DNA from: Chloroflexota bacterium
GTDB lineage: Bacteria > Chloroflexota > UBA11872
Reading direction: 5' to 3'
NCBI GenBank assembly: GCA_047516685.1
Contig: JAKZUJ010000062.1
Location: 1-55,058 of the forward strand
DNA length: 55,058 bases
Position 1 is the first letter of the stretch, and every line of letters starts with the position of its first letter. The translations under genes were made by a program, and so were the position numbers. Of this stretch, positions 27,611-36,503 are shown one piece after another. The notes beneath the pieces were generated by a model that saw only the letters and a program-made list of their open reading frames with translations, was not told the DNA's origin and ran no database searches.

Positions 27611-28765
27611 GTGAACGTTACCTGCCTGCAAGAAAACCTCAACCGCGGGTTAAACCTCGTCAGCCGGGCCGTCGCCGCTCGCAGCCCGCTGCCTGTGCTC
27701 AGCAACGTCTTGCTGGCAACCGAGGATGGCGGCCTCAAGCTTGCGGCCATGAACCAGCAAATGGCCATCTCCGTCTGGACTGGTGCCAGCATCCAGACCG
27801 AAGGCGCCATCACCGTCCCCGCGCGCCTGCTGTCGGACTTCATCGGCCAGCTGCCGGAAGGCGTCGTCGCACTGGAACTGGACGCTGAAACCGACACCCT
27901 CAAGGTGTCGTCCGGACGCTTCCGCGCCAAAATCAAAGGCATCGACGCCGACGAGTTCCCGCCCATCCCGGAAGGCGACACCGAACGCGAACTCGAAATG
28001 CCCACCAGCGTCTGGACCTCCATCATTGAGCAAGTCGTCGTGGCGGCGGCCCAGGACGACAGCCGGCCAGTGCTCGCCGGCGTCAGCCTGACGCTGGGCC
28101 CCGACTACGTAGAACTGGCCGCGGCGGACGGCTACCGCTTGGCCGTGCGCCGGGTCGCCGCCGAGACCGGACTCACGGAAGCCACGCAGATCGTTGTGCC
28201 CCGTGCCGCGATGGTGGAACTCTCGCGCATCCTGACCGACGACCCGGGAGCCGTCACCATCGGCCTTACGGCCAACTCCTCTTCCGTGCGCTTCAGCACT
28301 CGCGCCGTTTCGCTCGTCTCACAGCTCATCGATGGCCAGTTTCCCGCCTACCAGCAACTGGTTCCGGATTCGGACAACATGGAGACCCGGGTCGTCGCGG
28401 ACACCGCGGCCGTCACACAGGCCACCCGCATCGCCGCCCTCTTCGCCCGCGACGGTCAGAACGTCATTAGGGCCTCGATCGAAGGCGACGACGACGGCGG
28501 CCGCCTGGTGCTCTCCGCAAACTCGGTGGAACTCGGCGAGAACCAGGGCGAAGTCGAGGCCGAAGTCTCCGGCGACAAGACCAACGCCCAGATCGCTTTC
28601 AACTACCGCTTCCTCTCCGATTGTCTGGGCACGGTCAAGTCAGAGCGCGTGTCAATCTCGCTGGCCGGTCCCACCAGTCCGGGTCTGGTCCGCCAGGTGG
28701 ACAAGGACGGCGAGGACATGCCGTCGTTCAGCCACGTCATCATGCCCATGCACACGGTGTCGTAG
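27611..28765 (+). CDS. dnaN: DNA polymerase III beta sliding clamp
   Basis: QENL, LPVLSNVL, TVPAR, DEFP, RPVLAGV, AADGYRL, LIDGQFP, IAFNYRF, VIMPM; GGAG RBS. Confidence 0.96.
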   Translation: MNVTCLQENLNRGLNLVSRAVAARSPLPVLSNVLLATEDGGLKLAAMNQQMAISVWTGASIQTEGAITVPARLLSDFIGQLPEGVVALELDAETDTLKVSSGRFRAKIKGIDADEFPPIPEGDTERELEMPTSVWTSIIEQVVVAAAQDDSRPVLAGVSLTLGPDYVELAAADGYRLAVRRVAAETGLTEATQIVVPRAAMVELSRILTDDPGAVTIGLTANSSSVRFSTRAVSLVSQLIDGQFPAYQQLVPDSDNMETRVVADTAAVTQATRIAALFARDGQNVIRASIEGDDDGGRLVLSANSVELGENQGEVEAEVSGDKTNAQIAFNYRFLSDCLGTVKSERVSISLAGPTSPGLVRQVDKDGEDMPSFSHVIMPMHTVS

Positions 28766-28824
28766 GTCGGCGCCATTCCACCAGCCGCCGACGCCGCGCA
28801 CCGAACCAGCCTAAGTCTCCCCGC

Positions 28825-30423
28825 GTGACCGCCAACCTTCGCTGGACCACGCAGCGCGTGCCCGTTGTGGGCGCTCGAGCCATGATCTCCAGCGGGCACC
28901 CGCTCGCCACGGAAGCCGGCCTGCGCACCCTGCGCGACGGCGGCAACGCCTTCGACGCCGTAGTAACCGCCGCGGCCGTCATTGCGGTGGTCGAGCCCGG
29001 CACCAACCACGTCGGCGGCGATGTGTTCGCCATCTGCTTGCCGGCCGGCGCCCAGGACCCGGACGCCATCAACGCCAGCGGCCCTTCGCCCGCTGGCCTC
29101 ACCGTTGACGCCTTTGACGACGAAATCCCGCCGTTCGGCATCAACTCGGCCACCGTCCCCGGCGCGGTCAGCGCCTGGGAAACGATCCTTGACCGCTACG
29201 GCTCAATCAGCCTGGCCGATGCCCTCGGTCCCGCCATCGAATACGCCCGGACCGGGATGCCCGTCGACCCTGACACCGCCCAGGCCATTGCGGACGCGGG
29301 CCCCGCGCTTGCCCAATACCCCGCCAGCGCGCGCAGCTTTCTACCCAACGGCGCCCCACCCCGGCCCGGCTCGCTGCTGGTGCAGCCCGACCTGGCCGAA
29401 ACGCTGCGGCAAATTGCGCACGGCGGCGCCGACGGCTTCTACAAGGGACCGTTCGCCGACGCCCTGGTTCGGGCCTCGGCCCGCGAGGGCGGCGCCTTCA
29501 CCCATCGCGACCTCGCCGCCTACCGTTGCGAGGTGCTGCCACCGCTCCGCACCTACTACCGAGGCCTCGAAGTCCTGGAACAGCCCCTGCCCTCGCAGGG
29601 ATTCCTGGTGCTCGAGCAACTCAACATTGCCGAGGGCTTCGAACTGGCCGCCTTCGAGTTCGGCAGCGCCGATGCCCTCCACATCATGGCCGAGTGCAAA
29701 AAGGCCGCCTTCGCCGACCGCCTGGCGCACGTCGGCGATCCGCACTGGAACCAAATCCCCATGGAGCGGCTGCTCAGCAAGGAATTTGCCGCCCAGCGCC
29801 GCATGTCCATCGACCCCGTCCGAGCCGCCCAACACGTGTCGGCTGGCGATCCCAGCGCCGTCGGCGGCGACACCACCGCCATCTCGGCCGTCGACGCCGC
29901 CGGCAACGCCATCACCTTCATTCAGAGCGTGTTCACCAGCTTCGGCTCGGCCTACGTGGTACCCGGAACCGGCGTCCTGCTCAACAACCGCATGCGCGGC
30001 TTCTCGCTTGATCCCGCCAGCCCCAACGTCTTCCAGGGCGGCAAACGGCCCATTCACACCCTCAACACCTACATGGTTCGGCGCGAAGACCAGCTGGTCC
30101 TGCTGGGCTCGTCGCCCGGCGGTCAGTACCAGGTCCAAACCAACTTCCAGGTAATCTCCAACGTCTTCGACCACGGCATGCACTGGCAGGCCGCCATCGA
30201 CGCCCCTCGCTGGTATCACAACGAGGACACCGGTGATCTGATGCTCGAAGACAGATTCGATGCCGACGTGCTGACCGATCTGGAGAACCGCGGACACTCA
30301 GCCCGACGCGAACTGCCGTTCACCGTCTTTTCACGCGCCCAAGGGGTTATGCTCGACCCGGATACGGGCGCGCGGATCGGTGCGACCGACCCGCGCTGGC
30401 ACGGCCAGGTGCTCGGGTTCTAG
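28825..30423 (+). CDS. ggt: Gamma-glutamyltransferase family protein (no signal peptide)
   Basis: GGNAFDA, VVEP, TVPG, GDTT nucleophile, LNNR, KRPIHT, SPGG, DPR. Confidence 0.92.
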   Translation: MTANLRWTTQRVPVVGARAMISSGHPLATEAGLRTLRDGGNAFDAVVTAAAVIAVVEPGTNHVGGDVFAICLPAGAQDPDAINASGPSPAGLTVDAFDDEIPPFGINSATVPGAVSAWETILDRYGSISLADALGPAIEYARTGMPVDPDTAQAIADAGPALAQYPASARSFLPNGAPPRPGSLLVQPDLAETLRQIAHGGADGFYKGPFADALVRASAREGGAFTHRDLAAYRCEVLPPLRTYYRGLEVLEQPLPSQGFLVLEQLNIAEGFELAAFEFGSADALHIMAECKKAAFADRLAHVGDPHWNQIPMERLLSKEFAAQRRMSIDPVRAAQHVSAGDPSAVGGDTTAISAVDAAGNAITFIQSVFTSFGSAYVVPGTGVLLNNRMRGFSLDPASPNVFQGGKRPIHTLNTYMVRREDQLVLLGSSPGGQYQVQTNFQVISNVFDHGMHWQAAIDAPRWYHNEDTGDLMLEDRFDADVLTDLENRGHSARRELPFTVFSRAQGVMLDPDTGARIGATDPRWHGQVLGF

Positions 30424-30489
30424 CGCCGTCCACGACAATACGCTGCCCGTATCGGATCCCGAGCCGCCCCCGCTGAGTTGAGGAGCCGC

Positions 30490-32061
30490 GTGTCGACCAC
30501 GACCGACCCGCAATCGCCGCCGGCCATGGGCAACGCTCGCACCTGGCTGGTGCTCACGGTCGCATTCTTCTCCGGCATGTCAGTGCTGGCCGTGGAGATC
30601 AGCGCCTCACGGCTGCTGGCCCCGTTCTTTGGAACCAGCATCATCATTTGGTCCGTCGTCATCGGACTCACGCTGCTCTATCTGTCCATTGGCTACTGGA
30701 TCGGCGGACGCCTCGCCGACCGGCGGCCAGACGAAAACATTCTGTACAACATCGTCGGAATCGCATCGTTTCTCGTCGGGCTGGTTCCGTTCATGTCAAA
30801 GCCCGTGCTCTCGGTGTCGTCCCAGGCCATCGCCTCCCTCAACGGCGGCCTCTTCTTCGGTTCGCTGGTCGGTGTCCTGCTGCTGCTCGCGGTCCCCCTC
30901 ACCATGCTCGGCATGGTGTCGCCCTTCGCCATCCGCCTGGTCACCACCGACGTGCGGCAGGCCGGCAAACGCGCTGGCCAGGTCTTTGCCGTCAGCACCA
31001 TCGGCAGCATCCTTGGCGCCTTCATACCCGTGCTGCTGCTGATCCCCACGGTCGGCACGCGCTCAACGTTCCTCATTTTCGCGGTGCTGCTGTTGAGCCT
31101 GGCGCTCATTGCTACAAGCATCGGCCGGCGCCGCCTCCTATACGGTGCGCTGCTTGCAATCCTTGTCGTTCTCTGGATCGCGGTGGACCCCGGCCCCGTC
31201 CGGCCCGCGGACGGCCTGCTGGTGGAAGGCGATTCCGCCCTTCAATTCTTCCAGGTCATCGACAGTCCCGCCGTTGGTCGCCGCCTCGTCCTGAACGAGG
31301 GCATCGGCACCCACTCGATCTATCACCCCGACCGCCTGCTCACCAACGGTCCCTGGGACTACTTCCTGCTCGCCCCCATGATCGGCGGGCAACAGCCGCG
31401 GGAGGTCGATTCACTTCTGATCATCGGGCTGGGCGGCGGCACGGTTTCCAAGCAATTCACGACGGTCTACGGCGCTGACGTGGCCATCGACGGCGTTGAG
31501 ATCGACGACCGAGTGATCGACCTCGGTCGCAAGTACTTCGACATGAACGAACCCAACCTCAAGACCTACGCGGAGGACGGCCGAACCTTCCTCCAGCGCG
31601 TGGACCGCCGCTACGATGTCATCGCCGTGGACGCCTATCGGCAGCCGTACATCCCGTTCCATCTGGTCACCCAGGAGTTCTTCCTCGCCGCCCGTGACCA
31701 CCTCAATGAGACCGGCGTCCTGGCCCTCAACGCCGGCCGAACCGCCACCGACTTCCGCCTGGTGGAGGTGTTATCGGAAACCATGCGCTCGGTGTTCCCG
31801 CACGTCTACGTCATCGACCTGCCCTCGGGCTTCAACAACAGCCTCGTCTACGGCTCGCTGCACCCCATAACCGGAGCTGAGGTTCGCGCCGGCGCCCAGG
31901 TTGATCCCAGGCTTGCCGAGATCGCCGCCCGCCCCTGGGAGCTGCGCGAAGTCAACCGCGCCGACACCGTGTACACCGATGATCTGGCGCCCGTCGAGCG
32001 CCTCATCGATGACATCGTCGTTCGCGAAGCGCTGCACGGCGCGGCCGGTCGCCGCCGCTGA
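30490..32061 (+). CDS. Fused membrane domain / spermidine-synthase-like protein
   Basis: About 7 TMs (LAPFFGTS, GGRLAD, STIGSILG), then IGLGGG, VEID, DGR, VDAY, TQEF, YTDD. Start is uncertain. Confidence 0.9.
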   Translation: MSTTTDPQSPPAMGNARTWLVLTVAFFSGMSVLAVEISASRLLAPFFGTSIIIWSVVIGLTLLYLSIGYWIGGRLADRRPDENILYNIVGIASFLVGLVPFMSKPVLSVSSQAIASLNGGLFFGSLVGVLLLLAVPLTMLGMVSPFAIRLVTTDVRQAGKRAGQVFAVSTIGSILGAFIPVLLLIPTVGTRSTFLIFAVLLLSLALIATSIGRRRLLYGALLAILVVLWIAVDPGPVRPADGLLVEGDSALQFFQVIDSPAVGRRLVLNEGIGTHSIYHPDRLLTNGPWDYFLLAPMIGGQQPREVDSLLIIGLGGGTVSKQFTTVYGADVAIDGVEIDDRVIDLGRKYFDMNEPNLKTYAEDGRTFLQRVDRRYDVIAVDAYRQPYIPFHLVTQEFFLAARDHLNETGVLALNAGRTATDFRLVEVLSETMRSVFPHVYVIDLPSGFNNSLVYGSLHPITGAEVRAGAQVDPRLAEIAARPWELREVNRADTVYTDDLAPVERLIDDIVVREALHGAAGRRR

Positions 32062-32128
32062 TTCAGACCTCCGTGCAACAACTCGCGACGGGCGTTGCTC
32101 GTCCCTCAATCGCAGGAGAGTCCCACCA

Positions 32129-32971
32129 ATGCCCTCGCTGATCCCCGCCCTGCACCCAGCCACTGTTGCCCAGGTCAACGACCTCGTCGCCTTTCTTGCC
32201 GCCGCCGCCGCCGCCGGATTCCGAGCGGCCGACTTCAGCATGCCGAACGCCCGAACGCTCGAGATCGCCGACGGCCGTGACGCCGTCATCGAAGCGTTCG
32301 AGTCCCGTGGCATTCAACCCGGCGCCTGGGGCTCTGGCGCCCAGATCATCGGCCCGCACGCCGAGTTCGACGCCAGCCTCGCCACCGTGGCCGACAACGC
32401 GTCGCTCGGCGCCGCGCTGGGTGCGCGCGTCACCGCCGTGGTTGTGCCCAACCGGACCGATATGCCCCGCGACGAGGCGCTCGACCTGCTCGCCATGCGT
32501 ATTGGCGACGTGGCCGACACCGCCGCCGGTGAGGGTGTGGCGCTCAGCCTCGAATTCATCGGCCCAAACATATGGCCCGAGCAGCCGTTTGAGTTGTTCT
32601 CCGGCATTCAGGGAACGCTGGACCTGATCGAACGCGTGGGCCGCGTGAACGTCGGCATCCTCTTCGACACCTACCACTACCACTGCGGTGACAGCGAGCT
32701 TGCGGATATCGCCGCGGCCGGCCGCGCCATCAACCACGTCCACCTCAATGACGCCCCACCGGGCGATGCAAGCACGTTTGACGACTCGGTGCGCCGCCTG
32801 CCCGGCGATGGCGTCATGGACCTTGCAGCCATCACGACAGCCCTCAAAGCCGCGGGCTATCGGGGTCCGGCTGGTGTCGAAATCTTCAACGACGACCTGC
32901 GTGCATTACCCCTGGCCGAAGGCGCCGCCCGCGTCGCCGCCGCCTGCCGCCGCGTCTTCGGTCAGCCCTAA
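32129..32971 (+). CDS. Sugar phosphate isomerase/epimerase (xylose isomerase-like TIM barrel)
   Basis: LEF, DTYH, HVHLND, RRLPGDG, GYRG..VEIF; AGGAG RBS. Confidence 0.9.
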   Translation: MPSLIPALHPATVAQVNDLVAFLAAAAAAGFRAADFSMPNARTLEIADGRDAVIEAFESRGIQPGAWGSGAQIIGPHAEFDASLATVADNASLGAALGARVTAVVVPNRTDMPRDEALDLLAMRIGDVADTAAGEGVALSLEFIGPNIWPEQPFELFSGIQGTLDLIERVGRVNVGILFDTYHYHCGDSELADIAAAGRAINHVHLNDAPPGDASTFDDSVRRLPGDGVMDLAAITTALKAAGYRGPAGVEIFNDDLRALPLAEGAARVAAACRRVFGQP

Positions 32972-33011
32972 CGACTCGTTGAACGCCGAGGCGTAGGGAC
33001 GATCGCGCCAA

Positions 33012-33428
33012 TCAGCCGCCGGTCGCTGGACCCAAGAGCCGATCCACCGCAACGAGAACGCCGGCGGCAACGCTGACGACCAGCACCGTCCACTGCATTG
33101 TGCGAATCTGAACCTGGCTGATGGCTGCCGTGAGCCGGATTTCGAGATCCTTGATGTCGGCCTGCGTCGAGGTCCTGTGGTCAAAAAGTGTCTCCTGGAT
33201 CGCCGCCCTGAATTCTCTGGATTCCGCCGCCAGCGCCGACCTGAACTCAACGAATTCGGTCTGTATCGCCGACCTGAACTCAGCGAACTCGGTCTGCATC
33301 GCCGACCTGAAGTCAGCGAATTCGGTCTGCGTAGCGGCCGTGAACTCGGCAAGTTCCGCCTTTGTCGCGACATGTTCATAGTCACCTTCAAGACGGATGA
33401 CGCGTTCCTCAATAGACACCGCTGTCAT
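33012..33428 (-). CDS. Membrane-anchored coiled-coil protein (DUF1640/CCDC90-like)
   Basis: ATKAEL neck motif, 11-aa repeats, ADIKDLEIRL, C-terminal TM starting at W. Confidence 0.75.
   Translation of the reverse strand: MTAVSIEERVIRLEGDYEHVATKAELAEFTAATQTEFADFRSAMQTEFAEFRSAIQTEFVEFRSALAAESREFRAAIQETLFDHRTSTQADIKDLEIRLTAAISQVQIRTMQWTVLVVSVAAGVLVAVDRLLGPATGG
33202..33366. repeat. Five 33-bp tandem repeats (coding)
   Basis: Units of about GCCGACCTGAACTCAGCGAATTCGGTCTGCATC start at 33202, 33235, 33268, 33301 and 33334. Confidence 0.85.
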
Positions 33429-33504
33429 TCCAGCGTCCCCTGTCCGCCCGTTTTGTAACGTGCACGATGCCCAATTCTAAACGGCGCTGGGACTGTTCTG
33501 GAAG

Positions 33505-33783
33505 CTAGTGGGGTCGCGAGCCGAGACAATCGGAACGGCGTCCGCGATCCCGATCCTCCCGAATCGGTGCTTTCGATGGGATCCGCGGTCCAGCGCCCGG
33601 CTCGGCTCGCAGTCGCTCGGTCAACGCCCGAAATGCCTGCATCCGTTCGCGCATGCAATCCTCGCTGGCCTGGTCGACGAATTCGCTGACTCCATTCTGC
33701 TGGGATACCGGCCGTGCGGCGGGAATGCGCTTCAATCGTCCTTCGCCGTCAGCATCCATGCGGGCCACCCGGAGATTCCCAAT
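33505..33783 (-). pseudogene. Decayed FitA-like ribbon-helix-helix antitoxin
   Basis: (I)GNLRVARMDAD..GRLKR..AA..S...AFRALTERLRAE...PSKAPIREDRDRG resembles antitoxins ending in S..LIREDRD. The start codon appears as ATT, after a purine-rich tract. Confidence 0.45.
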
Positions 33784-33985
33784 TGGGGTTTCCCTTCGCC
33801 TGCTCGCAATACACGAGACGCACGGGCTGGCGAAGACGCCGTCAACCGGTCGCAAAGACGAATGTCGTGCGACCCAACCGTTGCGCACCGCACGTGCCAG
33901 CGAATAGTTCCGTTGCATCGCCCACCGCGTCCACCGCATCCTGTATCAGTCCTCAACGGTCCATCCCGAAAGGCACGCATCGCGT

Positions 33986-35278
33986 ATGCCTAGTCCGGCA
34001 CACATTTCCAGGCGCCGCCTGGCCGCGCTCCTGGCCAGCGGAAGCGCCGTTCTGATTGCCGGCTGCGGAGAATCCGCACCTCCCGCGTCGACGCCGACAC
34101 CGGGAGCGCTAGGCGCACCGACGACTACGACACCGACAACACCACCCGCGCGGACGGCGAGTTCGCCGACGCCTTCGGCGCCCGTCACCGTCGCCGCGGC
34201 CCCGTCAGCCGCCACCGCCGCGCCTGCAACGCCGCCCGTCGCACCGGTTGCCACCGTTGCCGCCCCGCGACCTACCCGAACACCGCCGACGCAGACCGAG
34301 GCGCGCACCGCCACGCCACCGCCGGAACGGACGCCGACACCCACGCCCAGCCCCTCGCCAACCCCGCCGCCCCTACGTTCACCGCTGACCGGTCTCGAGA
34401 TCAGCCCCGAGGCCAAAGCCCTGCGCGTCGTGGCGGTCAAGATCGACAACGCGATCGAAGCCCGTCCCCAAAGCGGCCTCAGCACGGCCGACATCGTTTA
34501 CGAGCACGTCACCGAGGCCTCGGTCACCCGCTACACCGCCTTCTTTCTGGACAGCGACGTCGAGCGCGTCGGCCCGATCCGCAGCTCCCGCTTCGTCGAC
34601 CGCGACCTGGTCCAGCAGTTCGACGCGCTTCTCGCCCACGTGGGCGCAAGCCCACCGGTGATGAATGACCTGCGTTCGTCCCCGGCGGCCGACGTGGACC
34701 AGTTCTTCTATGACGAGACTCGCCCCTACTTCCGAATTCCCAGCCGACCCGCCCCCTTCAACATGTACGCCAGCCTGCCCGCGCTGCGCGATGTCGGCGC
34801 CCGGCGCCATCCCGAACGGCGCGAGATTCAAGGCTTCCTCTTCTACGACGCCGACCCAAAACTCGGCTCGCTCACGCATCTCACCATTCCGGCCGGGCCT
34901 CGAAACAACTATCAGGCCGAGTACGTATTCAACTCGTCCACGCGCCGCTGGCGCCGCTCACTCGGGGGCGCGCTCGACATCGACGCCTTCACGGGCGAGG
35001 CTCTCGCGGTGGAGAACGTCATCGTTCAGTGGGTTCCGGCCCGTCTCACCGAGTTCGACGAAGACGCCTACGGCAACAAGTCGCTCTGGATCGGCACCAC
35101 CGGCGAAGGTCCCGTGTCCGTCTTTCGCGACGGCTCGCGCTTCGACGGAACCTGGCGCCGGGCCTCGGAGACCGACGTGACCGAGTTTCTGAAATCTGAC
35201 GGTTCCCCGCTCGAACTCCGCCCCGGCCGAACCTGGATACATCTACTGACCGGCTCTGAGGCTGTGGAAGCCCTGTGA
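33986..35278 (+). CDS. DUF3048-family Tat lipoprotein
   Basis: SRRR plus lipobox LIAGC; long Pro/Thr/Ala linker; SPLTG, VKIDN..ARPQSGL..ADIVYE, GPIRS, APFN. Confidence 0.92.
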   Translation: MPSPAHISRRRLAALLASGSAVLIAGCGESAPPASTPTPGALGAPTTTTPTTPPARTASSPTPSAPVTVAAAPSAATAAPATPPVAPVATVAAPRPTRTPPTQTEARTATPPPERTPTPTPSPSPTPPPLRSPLTGLEISPEAKALRVVAVKIDNAIEARPQSGLSTADIVYEHVTEASVTRYTAFFLDSDVERVGPIRSSRFVDRDLVQQFDALLAHVGASPPVMNDLRSSPAADVDQFFYDETRPYFRIPSRPAPFNMYASLPALRDVGARRHPERREIQGFLFYDADPKLGSLTHLTIPAGPRNNYQAEYVFNSSTRRWRRSLGGALDIDAFTGEALAVENVIVQWVPARLTEFDEDAYGNKSLWIGTTGEGPVSVFRDGSRFDGTWRRASETDVTEFLKSDGSPLELRPGRTWIHLLTGSEAVEAL

Positions 35279-35323
35279 CAGCCAAACATGTTCCTGCCAC
35301 CGCCGACCCGAGAGGAATGACCG

Positions 35324-36337
35324 ATGCCTGACCTTCCAAGAGTCTTCGTACCGCTGCAGCACGCCCACCGCTTTCTCCCTTATGTCCACGTCGTTGAGGA
35401 GGCCGGCGGTCAGGTTGACTTCGCCGACATGACCAACCCGGAGACACGCCGAACTGCTTTGGGGCGCGCCACTGCCGGCGCGGTCGGTCTCGATGCGTTT
35501 AACGCCGAGGACTTCGCCATCGCCCCGCAACTGCGCGCCATCGTGACCTGCACCACTGGCGTCGATCCCATCGACCTGCAGGCGGCCACGGACCACGGCG
35601 TCATGATTGGCAACACACCCGACCTTTGCATTGAGGAAGTCGCCGACCACACCCTCATGCTCCTGCTGGCCTGTTACCGACGCCTGCCGCGCACCATCCA
35701 CCTGAGCCGCTCGGCTGCTCCCAGTCGCACCGGCCTGATCGACCCGAAGAGTCCCTGGCCGCGCCTCCGCGGTCAGGTAGCCGGTTTGCTGGGCTTCGGC
35801 AACATCGCCCGTGCCGTGGCGACGCGCTGCCAGCCCTTCGGTTTGCGCGTCATCGCCTACGACCCGTACGTCGACCCGGCGATTGCGGAAGACCTAGGCG
35901 TTGAACTCGTCGGCTTCAACGACGTGCTGGCGGAGGCGGACTATCTCTGCGTCCACCTGCCGCTCAACCCGGCCACCCGCCACTGCGTCAATGCAGAGGC
36001 CTTCGCGCGCATGCAACCCACAGCCTTCGTCATCAACACCGCCCGCGGCCCCCTGATCGACGAGGCGGCCCTCGTCGCCGCGCTCCAGGCGGGCACACTC
36101 GCCGGCGCCGGGCTGGATGTGACGGAGACCGAGCCAGTCACCGACGACAATCCACTGTTGGCGATGTCCAACGTGCTGGTCACACCGCACTCGGCCGGCC
36201 ATTCGCGCGAATCGTCGGCCTGGGGGCCCGAAAGCGCCCTGCGCTGCGCCGCCGCGGTCATCCAGGGTGGCCGGCCGCGCTCGATTCAGAACCCCGCCGT
36301 GCTGGACCGGCTCGAAGCCTCGCCCCCGCCCGCGTGA
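35324..36337 (+). CDS. D-2-hydroxyacid dehydrogenase family (CtBP/SerA-like)
   Basis: EEVADH, GFGNIA, AYDPY, HLPL, NTARG, AGLDV..EP, TPHSA. Confidence 0.93.
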   Translation: MPDLPRVFVPLQHAHRFLPYVHVVEEAGGQVDFADMTNPETRRTALGRATAGAVGLDAFNAEDFAIAPQLRAIVTCTTGVDPIDLQAATDHGVMIGNTPDLCIEEVADHTLMLLLACYRRLPRTIHLSRSAAPSRTGLIDPKSPWPRLRGQVAGLLGFGNIARAVATRCQPFGLRVIAYDPYVDPAIAEDLGVELVGFNDVLAEADYLCVHLPLNPATRHCVNAEAFARMQPTAFVINTARGPLIDEAALVAALQAGTLAGAGLDVTETEPVTDDNPLLAMSNVLVTPHSAGHSRESSAWGPESALRCAAAVIQGGRPRSIQNPAVLDRLEASPPPA

Positions 36338-36348
36338 ACCGCTTGCCT

Positions 36349-36463
36349 CCCGTTCGCGGTGAGTGCGTCGCCCGTTCATGGTGCGCGTGTCACCCGCTCG
36401 TGGTGAGCGCGTCGCCCGTTCGTGGTGCGCGTGCCGCCCGCTCGTGGTGAGCGCGTCGAACCA
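36349..36463. repeat. Five 22-bp tandem units of a REP-like element
   Basis: Units start at 36349, 36371, 36393, 36415 and 36437; consensus CCCGYTCGTGGTGMGCGYGTCG; the array ends in GTCGAACCA. Confidence 0.9.
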
Positions 36464-36503
36464 TGAAGTCTCCGGCCCGAAACCTCGCCGGCGCTAGCCG
36501 CTA

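Noticed and set aside
36349-36463. Possible CRISPR array
   Set aside because: Units are contiguous with no unique spacers, and there are no cas genes.
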